Position numbers and translations under genes: made by a program. DNA of 64,000 nucleotides from Bdellovibrionales bacterium (GTDB taxonomy: Bacteria > Bdellovibrionota > Bdellovibrionia > Bdellovibrionales > JAUICD01). The DNA lies in NCBI GenBank assembly GCA_965262715.1, contig OZ253553.1, positions 1,065,169-1,129,168 on the forward strand. The letters run 5' to 3'. The notes under the pieces were generated by a model that worked only from the letters and a program-made list of their open reading frames with translations, ran no database searches and was not told where the DNA came from. Below are positions 9,770 to 18,914 of this stretch, piece after piece; position 1 is the first letter of the stretch; every line of letters starts with the position of its first letter.

Positions 9770-10228
9770 TTATTTTGCCACAGTTTGTTTTATAGATTTT
9801 TTAAGAATTTTACCATCACTAATACTCTTTTTAACAGGTCCATCTTCTGTTTCCAAGTAAAAAACATCATCAGGTGATTTATTTTCTAGTATTTCTGTAT
9901 TTTCAGTCAGATAAGTAAAGATATATCAAAATAAGAAGGCATGGCATATCTTGTTGGTTGAACATTTGTATAGAAGGAATTATAAACATAAAATCCCCTT
10001 TAAAATAACTCATCTAAAAAAGGAAGTGATATTTGTTTTTTCTGGTGCAGAATACCTTTCTCCTAATATCTCTAACCCTTTTGGACTAGTGTAACTATCA
10101 AAAAGCAAAAAATACACATTTTGTCTCTTTTTAAAAATCTATTTTGAATCTATTTTATCAGTATATGATTGTACTTTTGATGTGTAATTTAAATTAGCAA
10201 ATAAAGCATTTATAGTTTTATAAAGAGG
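9770..10228 (-). pseudogene. sulfatase/alkaline-phosphatase-superfamily gene remnant (3' part), with nonsense codon and IS256 insertion
   Basis: Minus-strand translation gives F*YIFTYLTENTEILENKSPDDVFYLETEDGPVKKSISDGKILKKSIKQTVAK*, homologous to the C-terminus of 14223..14659. TGA replaces the Arg codon of the other copy, and further upstream the frame is broken and cut by the IS at 10229. Confidence 0.55.
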
Positions 10229-11635
10229 GAGGATGTCCCACGTTTCGGTGAAATTGAAGTTAAGCAGAGCTTGATGTTTTGCTACGCCTGTTTCTATTGT
10301 TAGTCAATAGGTTTAAATTTTCTTCCATTGTATTTAAATCTTTATACCCTTTAATAGCTCTAAACTTTTTTTCAGCTTCAACTAAAGAAGCAGCAGCCCA
10401 TCTCATAACCTGATCTGGAGAACTTCTCCAGTTCTTAACCCTGCTGACTTTATCTCTTACAATAGAAAAGGCAGACTCAATAGGATTTGTAGAAGATAAG
10501 GTTCTCCTTAGCAGTGGAGATACCTTCAACTTGATAACTGTCAGTGTCTCCTCCTTTGCTTCCTTAAGTGAAGCCAATGCTGCATAATTAATCCTGCTTA
10601 ACCAACTCAGTAACTTATTGTATTCTCTCTGAGAAGAATCATAATCATTAAAACCATGCACCATCTTCCAGCGACGCTTAAACTCTAAATGACGTTCCTG
10701 AGGTAAATAACTTAAAACATTCCTCTCCTTGTGGTGAATACAGCGTTGAACTACTGCTCTCTTACCAAAAACTCTATTAATAGCTGTCCTTAAAGATCTG
10801 CTACCATCAATTACAAAAAGGTAAGGCTTATCTGAACGAAGACCTCTTGCTATTAAACTCTCTAATAAGTCCTTGCAAACTTCCCAGTTCTCTGTATGAC
10901 CCTCTCTAAGACCCAGAACTAACTTCTTACCTTCAACTGTGATGCCAAGAGCTACAACCACTGTCCTTGAACCAAAAACAACACCATCAATCATAATTGA
11001 TGAAAACTTATCCTTACTCAGATCACGACCATTTAAAGATTCAAGAAACTTCCTAGATGACTTATTAAAGACTCTGCTCACTGTACTCTTAGAAAGACCC
11101 GTCCCTCCTACAATATCATCAAGAAGTTCATTGTAATTACGACAAGATACCCCTCTCATAGCATGACTCAAAACTTTATCACAAAGTATGTCATACTTTT
11201 GAAGCACTGAATAAGACCGCAGCTTAATATCAGAACCTCCCTTCTCCTTCACCCTAGGCTTCCTCACCTGAAGCCTTTGACCTTGTGCAAGAACACTCCC
11301 AGAATCACTACCCGCTCTGTAATATCTTGTATCACGACCACGAACATGACGCTTACCACACAGTGATAATAACTCATCCTCAAAGAAATCATGGATCATA
11401 TTAATAACCATTGATCTCATGCGATGCTCTAGGATCTCTCGAATCTCATTTGACTCAGATGATAAAACTTGAATTGAATAACCATTCTTACTACTCTTCA
11501 TAATAGCTCCTTTCTGTTATCTATTTCCTGATAAAATAAAAACAGTAAACAACGGCTAGACCACTTAGGATAGCCGGGAGCTCTACTTTCTTCTAATTCC
11601 TATAAGAAAATTTCACCGATCTATGGGACAACCTC
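10229..11635 (-). mobile_element. IS256-family insertion sequence with 8-bp target duplication
   Basis: Imperfect terminal inverted repeats: GAGGATGTCCCACGTTTCGGTGAAATT at the left end, reverse complement GAGGTTGTCCCATAGATCGGTGAAATT at the right end. Flanking direct repeat TAAAGAGG at 10221-10228 and 11636-11643. Confidence 0.85.
10260..11501 (-). CDS. IS256-family (Mutator-type) transposase
   Basis: 413-aa ORF. Motifs MIDGV..., VVALGITVEGKK..LG, FVIDGSRSLRTAINRVFGKRAVVQRCIHHKERNV are typical of IS256 transposases. Visibly higher GC than the surroundings. Confidence 0.9.
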   Translation of the reverse strand: MKSSKNGYSIQVLSSESNEIREILEHRMRSMVINMIHDFFEDELLSLCGKRHVRGRDTRYYRAGSDSGSVLAQGQRLQVRKPRVKEKGGSDIKLRSYSVLQKYDILCDKVLSHAMRGVSCRNYNELLDDIVGGTGLSKSTVSRVFNKSSRKFLESLNGRDLSKDKFSSIMIDGVVFGSRTVVVALGITVEGKKLVLGLREGHTENWEVCKDLLESLIARGLRSDKPYLFVIDGSRSLRTAINRVFGKRAVVQRCIHHKERNVLSYLPQERHLEFKRRWKMVHGFNDYDSSQREYNKLLSWLSRINYAALASLKEAKEETLTVIKLKVSPLLRRTLSSTNPIESAFSIVRDKVSRVKNWRSSPDQVMRWAAASLVEAEKKFRAIKGYKDLNTMEENLNLLTNNRNRRSKTSSSA

Positions 11636-11655
11636 TAAAGAGGAACAGCCCCTAG

Positions 11656-11722
11656 TTAAGCCTTCTTTTTCCGGGATATGGCAATCCAGCATACTGTACC
11701 TAAAATCATGAAATCTGGCATC
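11656..11722 (-). repeat. GC-rich dispersed intergenic repeat, copy A
   Basis: TTAAGCCTTCTTTTTCCGGGATATGGCAATCCAG...ATCTGGCA; shares its core with copy C (31391..31468) and, in reverse complement, with the D/E cores. Confidence 0.5.
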
Positions 11723-11902
11723 AATAATTTGAAGTTTTGTATCTAAAATTTTTTTTTGATCAATGCGATGTTAATATCTAAGTTTAGTAGTTTATTTTGT
11801 AGGTTTACATCTGAAATTTATATTAGTTAATATACAGATACTAGATGTGTTTCAACTTAAGTTTTTACTTGATCATTCTATAAATCGAAAGAGTTTCAGT
11901 GA

Positions 11903-14092
11903 ATGAAATGTGCTTTTTTACTTTTTAAAGTCAAACAGTTTCTTGAAATAAACTGGATAAGTTGGGTTATTCAAGAACGTATTTTAAAAAGACTGTGCCT
12001 TTTCTCTGTTTTTTATTTTGGATGTTTTTGGTTTATCCCTTATATCTTTAAACAATCTCCTGCAGTCAATGGAGATACACACTTTTTAACACTCTATTTT
12101 TTAAAAGATATTGGATTTCCTTCTTTTCATTTGCAATTATGGAATCCTACGGTTTCCGGCGGTGAGTTTCTTTTAGTTCATTATTTTCCATTTCCCTTTC
12201 TTGTTATGGGGGTTATGAGCTTTTTTATGAGCCTTGGGATGGCCTATAATGTAGGTATGATTTTACCTATCCTTGCCCTTCCTTTTTGTATCTATTTTTG
12301 TGTAAAAAAGATGAATTTAAAATCTCCAGCACCCTTAATCGCCTCGGTATTTGTTCTGCCGTGTTTGTATTTAGAATCATTTACTCAAATGGGAGTTAAT
12401 GCAGTTGGATCTGTTCACGGACAGTTTGCACATACTTATGCAATATGTACTCTCTTCTTAGGACTTGGGTTTTTATATGAAGGTTTGAATCAAAACAAAA
12501 TATCTTTTATAGCTATTTGTTGTTTTGTTGCTACAGCTTTATCCCATGCTTATGTTTTTGTTATTATTCCTTTTTTCTTTCTCTCTGTATTATTACTTGC
12601 TGAAAATAAGACTCAATTTAAATCTTGGTTAAAAATATTAATCTTCACAGGTATTTATACAATACTTCTTTCTGCTTGGTTCTTGTGGCCAATGATTGAG
12701 TCTCGTCAGTGGAATACTCCAAGAATGGGTTATGCAGGATATCATTCTTTGATTCATATTTTTTCTCCTATTTTATATCCTATTTATTTTCTTTTTGTTA
12801 TATGCCTTTTCTTCGTTTGTATGAGTTTTATCTATCGAATTATCAAAGAAAAAATATATAAGACTCCTTTTACAAAACACGCCTCACGCTTGTCATCCAT
12901 AAGCCTTTGGAGATTAATGTCTTTTTACATTATACCGGCCTTAGCTTATCTCGGATTGTTTTTTATTTTTCCAAAAATAGGGCTTACAGATTATCGAGCG
13001 ATTCCTCAAATATTGCTTTTTACAATCATAGCTTTAAGCCTTTTTATTTCCTTTACTTTTAGAAAATATTTTGCAAATGCTGCATTTTATGTATTTCTTG
13101 TACTACCATTACCTATCATAATGACATGGACATTTTTCCATATAAAATCATTACCTCAAGCAGTAAGAAACACTTACACAAACTGGGAACAAGAATATAG
13201 GCCAGGTCATTTAGGACGTTTAATTAGGTACAATGTACCAAGAGGGTTATCTAAACCACGTATACTGTGTTTAACTCACCTCTGTTCATTGTTACCCTAC
13301 TTAAATCACAGATCAACGCTGCCAAGTACTTATTTTGAATCTACTCTTCTCTCACCTGAAGTAAGGTACTTAAATGACTATGATTGGGTTGCTCGTGAGT
13401 CTTGTCAAGTTTTTAGCTTCTATCCCTATATATGTCCATCAAATAAGTTGGGATCATTAGAAGCAAAGCTAAAATTAATGGGAGTAGAAAGCATAATTAT
13501 CAACAAAACACAAAAATCAGAAATGTCTAAAACATCAAACCTTGTCAAAATACGCGAATATAATATATGGACATTATATCGTTTTAAAAATCCACCTAGA
13601 TTGGCAGATCCTATTTACGGTACTGCTGATATTAAGCCAAAAACTAAAGATTTTCGATATATAATGAATTTATGGTTTGATAAATACAAAGGAGAAAATT
13701 ATTGGCAAATTATTGATTTAGATCAACCTTCTGTGACAAGTTTTAAAAAGGCTATTGAGAATAATAAACAGAAAGATTGTGATATTGATATTCAAGTGGA
13801 TTTTTTTGGACTTGATTTCAGTACAAGTTGTATTGGTGACCCACATATTTTAAAATTTGCTTATCACTCTGCAATAGAAACCTCTACTAAAGATCCTATT
13901 TATTTGATGTCTCCAGGAATGATTGGCTTTGTGCCTTCTCAAGAAAAGATAAGATTTAATTTTGGGCAAACATTAACATGGAAGTTGGCCAATATGATCT
14001 CTATTACAACTGCCTTACTTATGCTACTTTTAGCAACCTTTTTAAGAAAAAAGAGCATGTCTCTTATTTTGGCAAAATTAAAAAGAACCTGA
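11903..14092 (+). CDS. large polytopic membrane protein, GT-C-like putative glycosyltransferase (paralogue of 2725..5232)
   Basis: 729-aa ORF co-linear with 2725..5232 but lacking its roughly 104-aa internal duplication. Confidence 0.7.
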   Translation: MKCAFLLFKVKQFLEINWISWVIQERILKRLCLFSVFYFGCFWFIPYIFKQSPAVNGDTHFLTLYFLKDIGFPSFHLQLWNPTVSGGEFLLVHYFPFPFLVMGVMSFFMSLGMAYNVGMILPILALPFCIYFCVKKMNLKSPAPLIASVFVLPCLYLESFTQMGVNAVGSVHGQFAHTYAICTLFLGLGFLYEGLNQNKISFIAICCFVATALSHAYVFVIIPFFFLSVLLLAENKTQFKSWLKILIFTGIYTILLSAWFLWPMIESRQWNTPRMGYAGYHSLIHIFSPILYPIYFLFVICLFFVCMSFIYRIIKEKIYKTPFTKHASRLSSISLWRLMSFYIIPALAYLGLFFIFPKIGLTDYRAIPQILLFTIIALSLFISFTFRKYFANAAFYVFLVLPLPIIMTWTFFHIKSLPQAVRNTYTNWEQEYRPGHLGRLIRYNVPRGLSKPRILCLTHLCSLLPYLNHRSTLPSTYFESTLLSPEVRYLNDYDWVARESCQVFSFYPYICPSNKLGSLEAKLKLMGVESIIINKTQKSEMSKTSNLVKIREYNIWTLYRFKNPPRLADPIYGTADIKPKTKDFRYIMNLWFDKYKGENYWQIIDLDQPSVTSFKKAIENNKQKDCDIDIQVDFFGLDFSTSCIGDPHILKFAYHSAIETSTKDPIYLMSPGMIGFVPSQEKIRFNFGQTLTWKLANMISITTALLMLLLATFLRKKSMSLILAKLKRT

Positions 14093-14107
14093 TTTTTTGA
14101 ATATATC

Positions 14108-14206
14108 AAAGTGAGAGAAATATATAGGATTGATAAGGCGGCAAAGACCATTTTTATCAGTAAAAATATATCCATTAGGATCTCTAAACGATGCAGGATG
14201 TTTCAT
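14108..14206 (-). pseudogene. 5' fragment (about 33 codons) of a second copy of the 8398..9768 methyltransferase-like gene
   Basis: MKHPASFRDPNGYIFTDKNGLCRLINPIYFSHFD matches MKYPASFRDPNGYIFTDKNGLCRFINPIYFPHFD; homology ends where the convergent gene 11903..14092 terminates. Confidence 0.7.
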
Positions 14207-14222
14207 TTTATTTTACCACAGC

Positions 14223-14659
14223 TTATTTCACAGATTTTTTAAGAATTTTACCATCACTAATACTTTTTTTAACAGGTCCATTCTCTGTCTCCAAGTAAAA
14301 AGCATCATCAGGAGGCTTATTATCTAATACTTCTTCATTTTCAGTCAGATATGCAAAGATATAACGAAATAGATTCACTGAGCTTTTTATCTCATTTATT
14401 TTAAATTTAGATTGATCTGAATCTTCTTTAGGTTTTCCTAAATGAATAGCTAAAAAAGCATGTTGTCTTTCAATCACTTCTTCCTTTGTGTTTAAAGGAT
14501 ATACTAAGGAACATGAATTAAATATTAAAGGACCATGATCAGAAGCTAAAATCATAATTGCATTTGGATCAACACTCCTTATACTATCAACTAAGATAAG
14601 TATATCCCTATTTGTGTTATGAACCCTTGTGATGTGTTCTAAAAGTTCCATCTCTTTAT
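14223..14659 (-). pseudogene. C-terminal fragment of a sulfatase/alkaline-phosphatase-superfamily protein, 5'-truncated by an IS
   Basis: Contains IMILASDHGP (sulfatase-type SDHG motif). The apparent GTG start and first 4 codons of ORF 14223..14672 lie inside the terminal repeat of the IS903-like fragment. Confidence 0.65.
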
Positions 14660-14877
14660 GGCCTTGTTGCACAAAGATTTAAATAGTTTTTATTTTATTT
14701 ATTTTTTAAGTAAGATTGTTATTTAATATTTTTTTATCAAGCTGAAAGAGAAGAAGGCACAATCATCTGATTAAGGATTTTACATTTAATAAACACTTCA
14801 TTTGCTTGACGATGAAATTCTCTAGAAGATAATTTATCTCCTAATAAAGTTTTAAATCTATACATAGCTGTTTCTGA
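14660..14877 (-). mobile_element. 3'-terminal fragment (about 220 bp) of the IS5-family (IS903-group) element found intact at 58872..60188
   Basis: Reverse complement is near-identical to 59973..60188, including the terminal GGCCTTGTTGCACAAAG; cut off by the IS3 element. Confidence 0.8.
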
Positions 14878-14887
14878 GGTGTACCCT

Positions 14888-15670
14888 TTATTTGGAGGAT
14901 CCGTTCCATAATTTACTCACTGCTGAGATTCCCATTGTTGTTAATTCTCCTGTTTTCCATTTAGCTTCAAATTCATTAGGTGATAAGTAACCTAATGAAG
15001 AATGTCGCCTTTTTTTATTATACATACCTTCGATAAACTTTGGAATACTTCTTAACACATCTTCAAAAGTTTTATATTCACACAGATGAACCTCTTCTCG
15101 TTTTAAAGAGCTAAAGAAAGATTCAACAAATGCATTATCCCAACAATTGGCTTTTCTCGACATACTGATCTTAAAGCCTTTTTCTTTAAGCTTGTAGGTA
15201 TAATCTTTACTGGTGTATTGAACACCTTGATCACTATGATGAATACATCCTTTAGTATCTGATCTCTGATCTAAACTCATCTCTAAAGCTCCTAAACAAA
15301 GATCTGTGTTGATCTCTCTAGAAATAGCCCACCCTACAATCTTCCTTGAAAAAATATCTAAAATCACTGCTAAAAAAACAAAACCATCTTGAATCCTAAT
15401 GTATGTGATATCTGTTACCCAAAGCTGGTTGGGTCTATTCACTTCAATGCCAAAAGTTAAATTCGGATAAACTCGATTTGAATGTTTAGAATCCGTGGTT
15501 GAAACCTTAAAACCTTTGTAAATCAAAGCCTTTAAACCGTATTTCCGCATAATGCGAGCAATCCTCTTGTGGTTGGCTTTAATACTCTTCTCTTGCTCAA
15601 GTTCCAATTGAATACGACGTATTCCATACATCGGGTATTTACACTGTATCCTCTCAATCTGCTCTTTCAA
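14888..15670 (-). CDS. IS3-family transposase OrfB (DDE/rve integrase core), expressed as an OrfAB -1 frameshift fusion
   Basis: Motifs LWVTDITYI, HHSDQGVQYTS, NCWDNAFVESFF. The orfB frame is open upstream to the A7 tract at 15841 (…CKALGLPLSSYYYKRK…). Confidence 0.9.
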   Translation of the reverse strand: MKEQIERIQCKYPMYGIRRIQLELEQEKSIKANHKRIARIMRKYGLKALIYKGFKVSTTDSKHSNRVYPNLTFGIEVNRPNQLWVTDITYIRIQDGFVFLAVILDIFSRKIVGWAISREINTDLCLGALEMSLDQRSDTKGCIHHSDQGVQYTSKDYTYKLKEKGFKISMSRKANCWDNAFVESFFSSLKREEVHLCEYKTFEDVLRSIPKFIEGMYNKKRRHSSLGYLSPNEFEAKWKTGELTTMGISAVSKLWNGSSK

Positions 15671-15741
15671 ATCAAAATCCCTTTGCTCTCGCTCTTGCTG
15701 TGAAATCTTTCTCTTGTAATAGTAGCTACTTAAAGGTAACC

Positions 15742-16092
15742 CTAACGCTTTACACGTTTTTGAAATTGATCCAAATTCTTTCCAGTGATTACCGACGATC
15801 CTACGCTTTTCCTCTGTTGAAGCTCCTTTTTGGCTTTTTTTAAAAACTCGTTTTCTAAGCTGAGCTGTCCTACCTTTGCCTGAAGAGCATATATTTGTCT
15901 CTCTAGAGATCTCTCCCTTGATGAAGGGTTTCCCAAAGGTGTCCCTTGTTGATACTTCTTAAACCACTCTAAGACTGTTTGGCGATGAAGTTGATGCTCC
16001 CGGCAAATCTCTAACAAAGATCTGCCTTCATGCATCGATTTACAAATAGCTTCCTTAAATTCAACATTAAATCGTCTTCTTACTTTGCCCAT
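15742..16092 (-). CDS. IS3-family transposase OrfA (HTH)
   Basis: 116-aa ORF MGKVRRRFNVEFKEAICK...LEICREHQLHRQTVLEWFKKY with a leucine-zipper-like C-terminus; contains the slippery A AAA AAA at 15835-15841. Confidence 0.9.
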   Translation of the reverse strand: MGKVRRRFNVEFKEAICKSMHEGRSLLEICREHQLHRQTVLEWFKKYQQGTPLGNPSSRERSLERQIYALQAKVGQLSLENEFLKKAKKELQQRKSVGSSVITGKNLDQFQKRVKR

Positions 16093-16266
16093 GATCTTCC
16101 TCCTGATCTTATAGCTTTTTATAGCTAAAATTCAGGAATCTCAAGTGAGTTACTTTATCACTTAACTCTCCAGTTTATGGGGTACAGACCACTTTTAATG
16201 AATTTTGTTAAAAATTATAATAAAATTTGTGGAATGTTGAGTCGGAGTATTCTTGAGATAGAGATT

Positions 16267-18792
16267 TTAAAGAGAAATTTTTTGTAATAAACGGATTAAT
16301 ATATTTTTTTGTTGATTCTTTTCTTTTTCAACCAAATCATTTTCAATAACTACACAAGACTTTGCGATTTTATCTTGATTTAAAGATTCAAGTTCTTGAA
16401 GATTGTATTCTTTAATTTTCTGATGGGTTGCAAATAAAAATCCATACCTATGAATAGTAGATAAGGCAAAACGTTTATGATGAAAGTTCCATTTATAAAA
16501 ATGGCACTTTAAAATAAGTTGATTAGAAGGTGAAAGTAATGGCATGTAAACAAAATCAGAATTTTCAAATGTTTTATTAAAACGATGAATAGTTTCACTA
16601 GAAAAAGTAAATCCTATATGAAACCAATGATAAGAACCTTTTATTGGTTTAAGATTAAGTAAAATAGGTAATGGATTAATAAAATCCAATAATAAACCTT
16701 TATCAATCTTATCTAATTTATTGCGAAATACAAGAAGAGCATCATTTAAATAATCTATATAATACACATTGTTTCTATACATTTTGTAATTGAGATCTTT
16801 ATCATTATAAACAATACCTTCAAAGAGACCTTTATACTTATTAGAATGTACTCTTAACTCATTAAGAATTTGATCCATACTTTCTTTGTTTTCTATAATA
16901 AATGGATAGTTCCTATCTCTCACTTTGATACTATGAATTTTATATTTTTGATGTTTAGGTTGATCAGTCATTAATTGATCCTCTTTATAAAATTTAAAAA
17001 TAGCCATTTTTGCTAAAGAAGAAATATTAATAGTAAATAATATTGCTAAAATTAAATAACAAACTCTTTTTATATTTATCATATTTGTATTTATTATTAA
17101 ATAAAAAAGAAAAACAATTAGAAAATATAATAAAGGTTTTTCAGCATCTCCTATTATACAAATTAATATTGACAGCCCTATACAAAAATCAAATAATAAC
17201 TGTCTTATTAGTAAAAAGTTGTTATTTGTTAAAAATGACTTTAATTGATGAAAATAGTAGGAGAGGTTTGAAAGTTTTACTTTATTTGCTAATTTGTTTA
17301 AAAGTGGTTTGGGCTCCTCAATATAATGTTTGAAAAAATCTAAAAGCCTTGTCTTGTTTAGTGACTTTTTTAAAAATAATAAAATAAAAACTCTCACTAG
17401 AAAAAATATAAATGGATAGGCAAAAATATAATTTAAGCCAAAGTAAGCATTTGCTAAAAAAGATGTATTAATAACAAATAATACTGTTAAAATCCAATAA
17501 AACCCTTTCTCAAAATTTATATTTTTAATATTTATTATTAAGTATAAAAAAATAGCTATCAGAAAATATAATAAAGACTTCTCCTTATCATTTACCATGC
17601 CAATTGATAAAGAAACTCCTACACACAAATCAAATAAAAACCATTTAGTAAGTATTGACTTATTCTCTGCTAAAAATATTTTTGATTTATAAAAATAATA
17701 TTTTAAAAATTCTATTGGATTTTTTTCTTTAGGTATCTTTTTAAGCAATTCAGTACATACTCTCATTAAAAAACATACAAATAGATAGATAAAAAAGTAA
17801 TTTAACTCAAGATAAACCTCTTTTTTGGATAAGATAACATGATAAATATCTTGTAGATATCCTATGTATGAATATTGACTTAAAATAAATGTAGAGAGTG
17901 TTAAAAACAAAAATAACGAAATTGAAAAGACTATATATTTAAACCACAATTTAAAAGGTAAAATAAGAAATATTGAAAAAATCAATAAAGACGATGCGAT
18001 AAAAAAATTGAGCTTATAGTTTAAAAGAATATAAGCACAAATAACTTGTATAATTAAAAAAAATATAAACCTATTTTTTTCAATCTGTACAACATTATCA
18101 ATATTTTTTACAAAAAATTTTCTCCAACAAAATAAATGGACAATTTGTAAAAGGAATAACCCCCACAAATGTTTGTTATAACTGCCATTCCACCAATATC
18201 GTGCTTCGATATTGAACATATCGGACATTATCTTTACCTGAAAGATGATAGACAAAATAATAAGCAATAAGGCTATAGGTACAGCTTTTACTATATTGAA
18301 TCTCATCAAATAAAATAAACCAATAATAATCAATGAAAAAAGAATAGATGAAAGCATGGTCATATCAAGAAGGTGAAAAGTATCTGGAAAAGACTCCATA
18401 ATAAGCAGCGAAGTATAATTAAGGCCACCATAGACAAAACCAAAAGGCGTGTGAAAATCTTGATGTAATCTCAAACCATGCTTTATAACATAAGCACTTA
18501 ATTGGGGTATCCATGTATCTGGTAGAAATCCTATCAATAAATAATGTTCACCTAAAAAAATAATTGATAATATGATAGAAAATAAAAGAATAAAACCAAA
18601 ATAAATAGCTATTTGATTTGTTTTTGGAGAAGTTAAGAAATCTTTTAAAAAAATTGAGATCTTTTTAACAATAGAAAATTTGTTAAAGAGATAAATATAA
18701 AATAACAATATAAAAAGACTAAAAATAATTTTGTGCTCAATAATTATTGAGCCTAAAAAAATAAATAGCGATTGAAACATATCTACTTCCAA
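16267..18792 (-). CDS. very large polytopic membrane protein with internal duplication and soluble C-terminal domain, function unknown
   Basis: 841-aa ORF, extremely hydrophobic over the first 600 aa or so; repeat pair around residues 362-451 and 510-599. Confidence 0.65.
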   Translation of the reverse strand: MEVDMFQSLFIFLGSIIIEHKIIFSLFILLFYIYLFNKFSIVKKISIFLKDFLTSPKTNQIAIYFGFILLFSIILSIIFLGEHYLLIGFLPDTWIPQLSAYVIKHGLRLHQDFHTPFGFVYGGLNYTSLLIMESFPDTFHLLDMTMLSSILFSLIIIGLFYLMRFNIVKAVPIALLLIILSIIFQVKIMSDMFNIEARYWWNGSYNKHLWGLFLLQIVHLFCWRKFFVKNIDNVVQIEKNRFIFFLIIQVICAYILLNYKLNFFIASSLLIFSIFLILPFKLWFKYIVFSISLFLFLTLSTFILSQYSYIGYLQDIYHVILSKKEVYLELNYFFIYLFVCFLMRVCTELLKKIPKEKNPIEFLKYYFYKSKIFLAENKSILTKWFLFDLCVGVSLSIGMVNDKEKSLLYFLIAIFLYLIINIKNINFEKGFYWILTVLFVINTSFLANAYFGLNYIFAYPFIFFLVRVFILLFLKKSLNKTRLLDFFKHYIEEPKPLLNKLANKVKLSNLSYYFHQLKSFLTNNNFLLIRQLLFDFCIGLSILICIIGDAEKPLLYFLIVFLFYLIINTNMINIKRVCYLILAILFTINISSLAKMAIFKFYKEDQLMTDQPKHQKYKIHSIKVRDRNYPFIIENKESMDQILNELRVHSNKYKGLFEGIVYNDKDLNYKMYRNNVYYIDYLNDALLVFRNKLDKIDKGLLLDFINPLPILLNLKPIKGSYHWFHIGFTFSSETIHRFNKTFENSDFVYMPLLSPSNQLILKCHFYKWNFHHKRFALSTIHRYGFLFATHQKIKEYNLQELESLNQDKIAKSCVVIENDLVEKEKNQQKNILIRLLQKISL

Positions 18793-18914
18793 AACACAGT
18801 CTTTATATCGTTTTTGAAATAATTTCTTAAATACTTAAGTGGGTATACTCTTTATCTAACTATAAAAAAGAGTCAAAATCTATGTAATGTTTAGAAAATA
18901 GAAAGCAAGACTTT

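Larger units (their letters stand above)
14878..16190 (-). mobile_element. IS3-family insertion sequence (boundaries +/-5 bp)
   Basis: Ends (GG)TGTACCC...GGGGTACA(GACC), with about 50-bp imperfect IRs sharing TGTACCC, TGGAG, TTACTCACT.GAGATTCC; orfA/orfB arrangement; no clear target duplication. Confidence 0.8.

Noticed and set aside
9692-9877. ORF-track ORFs 9692..9877 (+) and 14130..14327 (+) as a conserved small-protein pair
   Set aside because: They are antisense shadows of the duplicated methyltransferase-5'/sulfatase-3' junction on the minus strand. Their similarity is explained by the DNA duplication.
14660-14672. GTG start of ORF 14223..14672 as a genuine gene start
   Set aside because: The first four codons lie inside the terminal inverted repeat of the IS903-like fragment, so the ORF is a 5'-truncated gene remnant.
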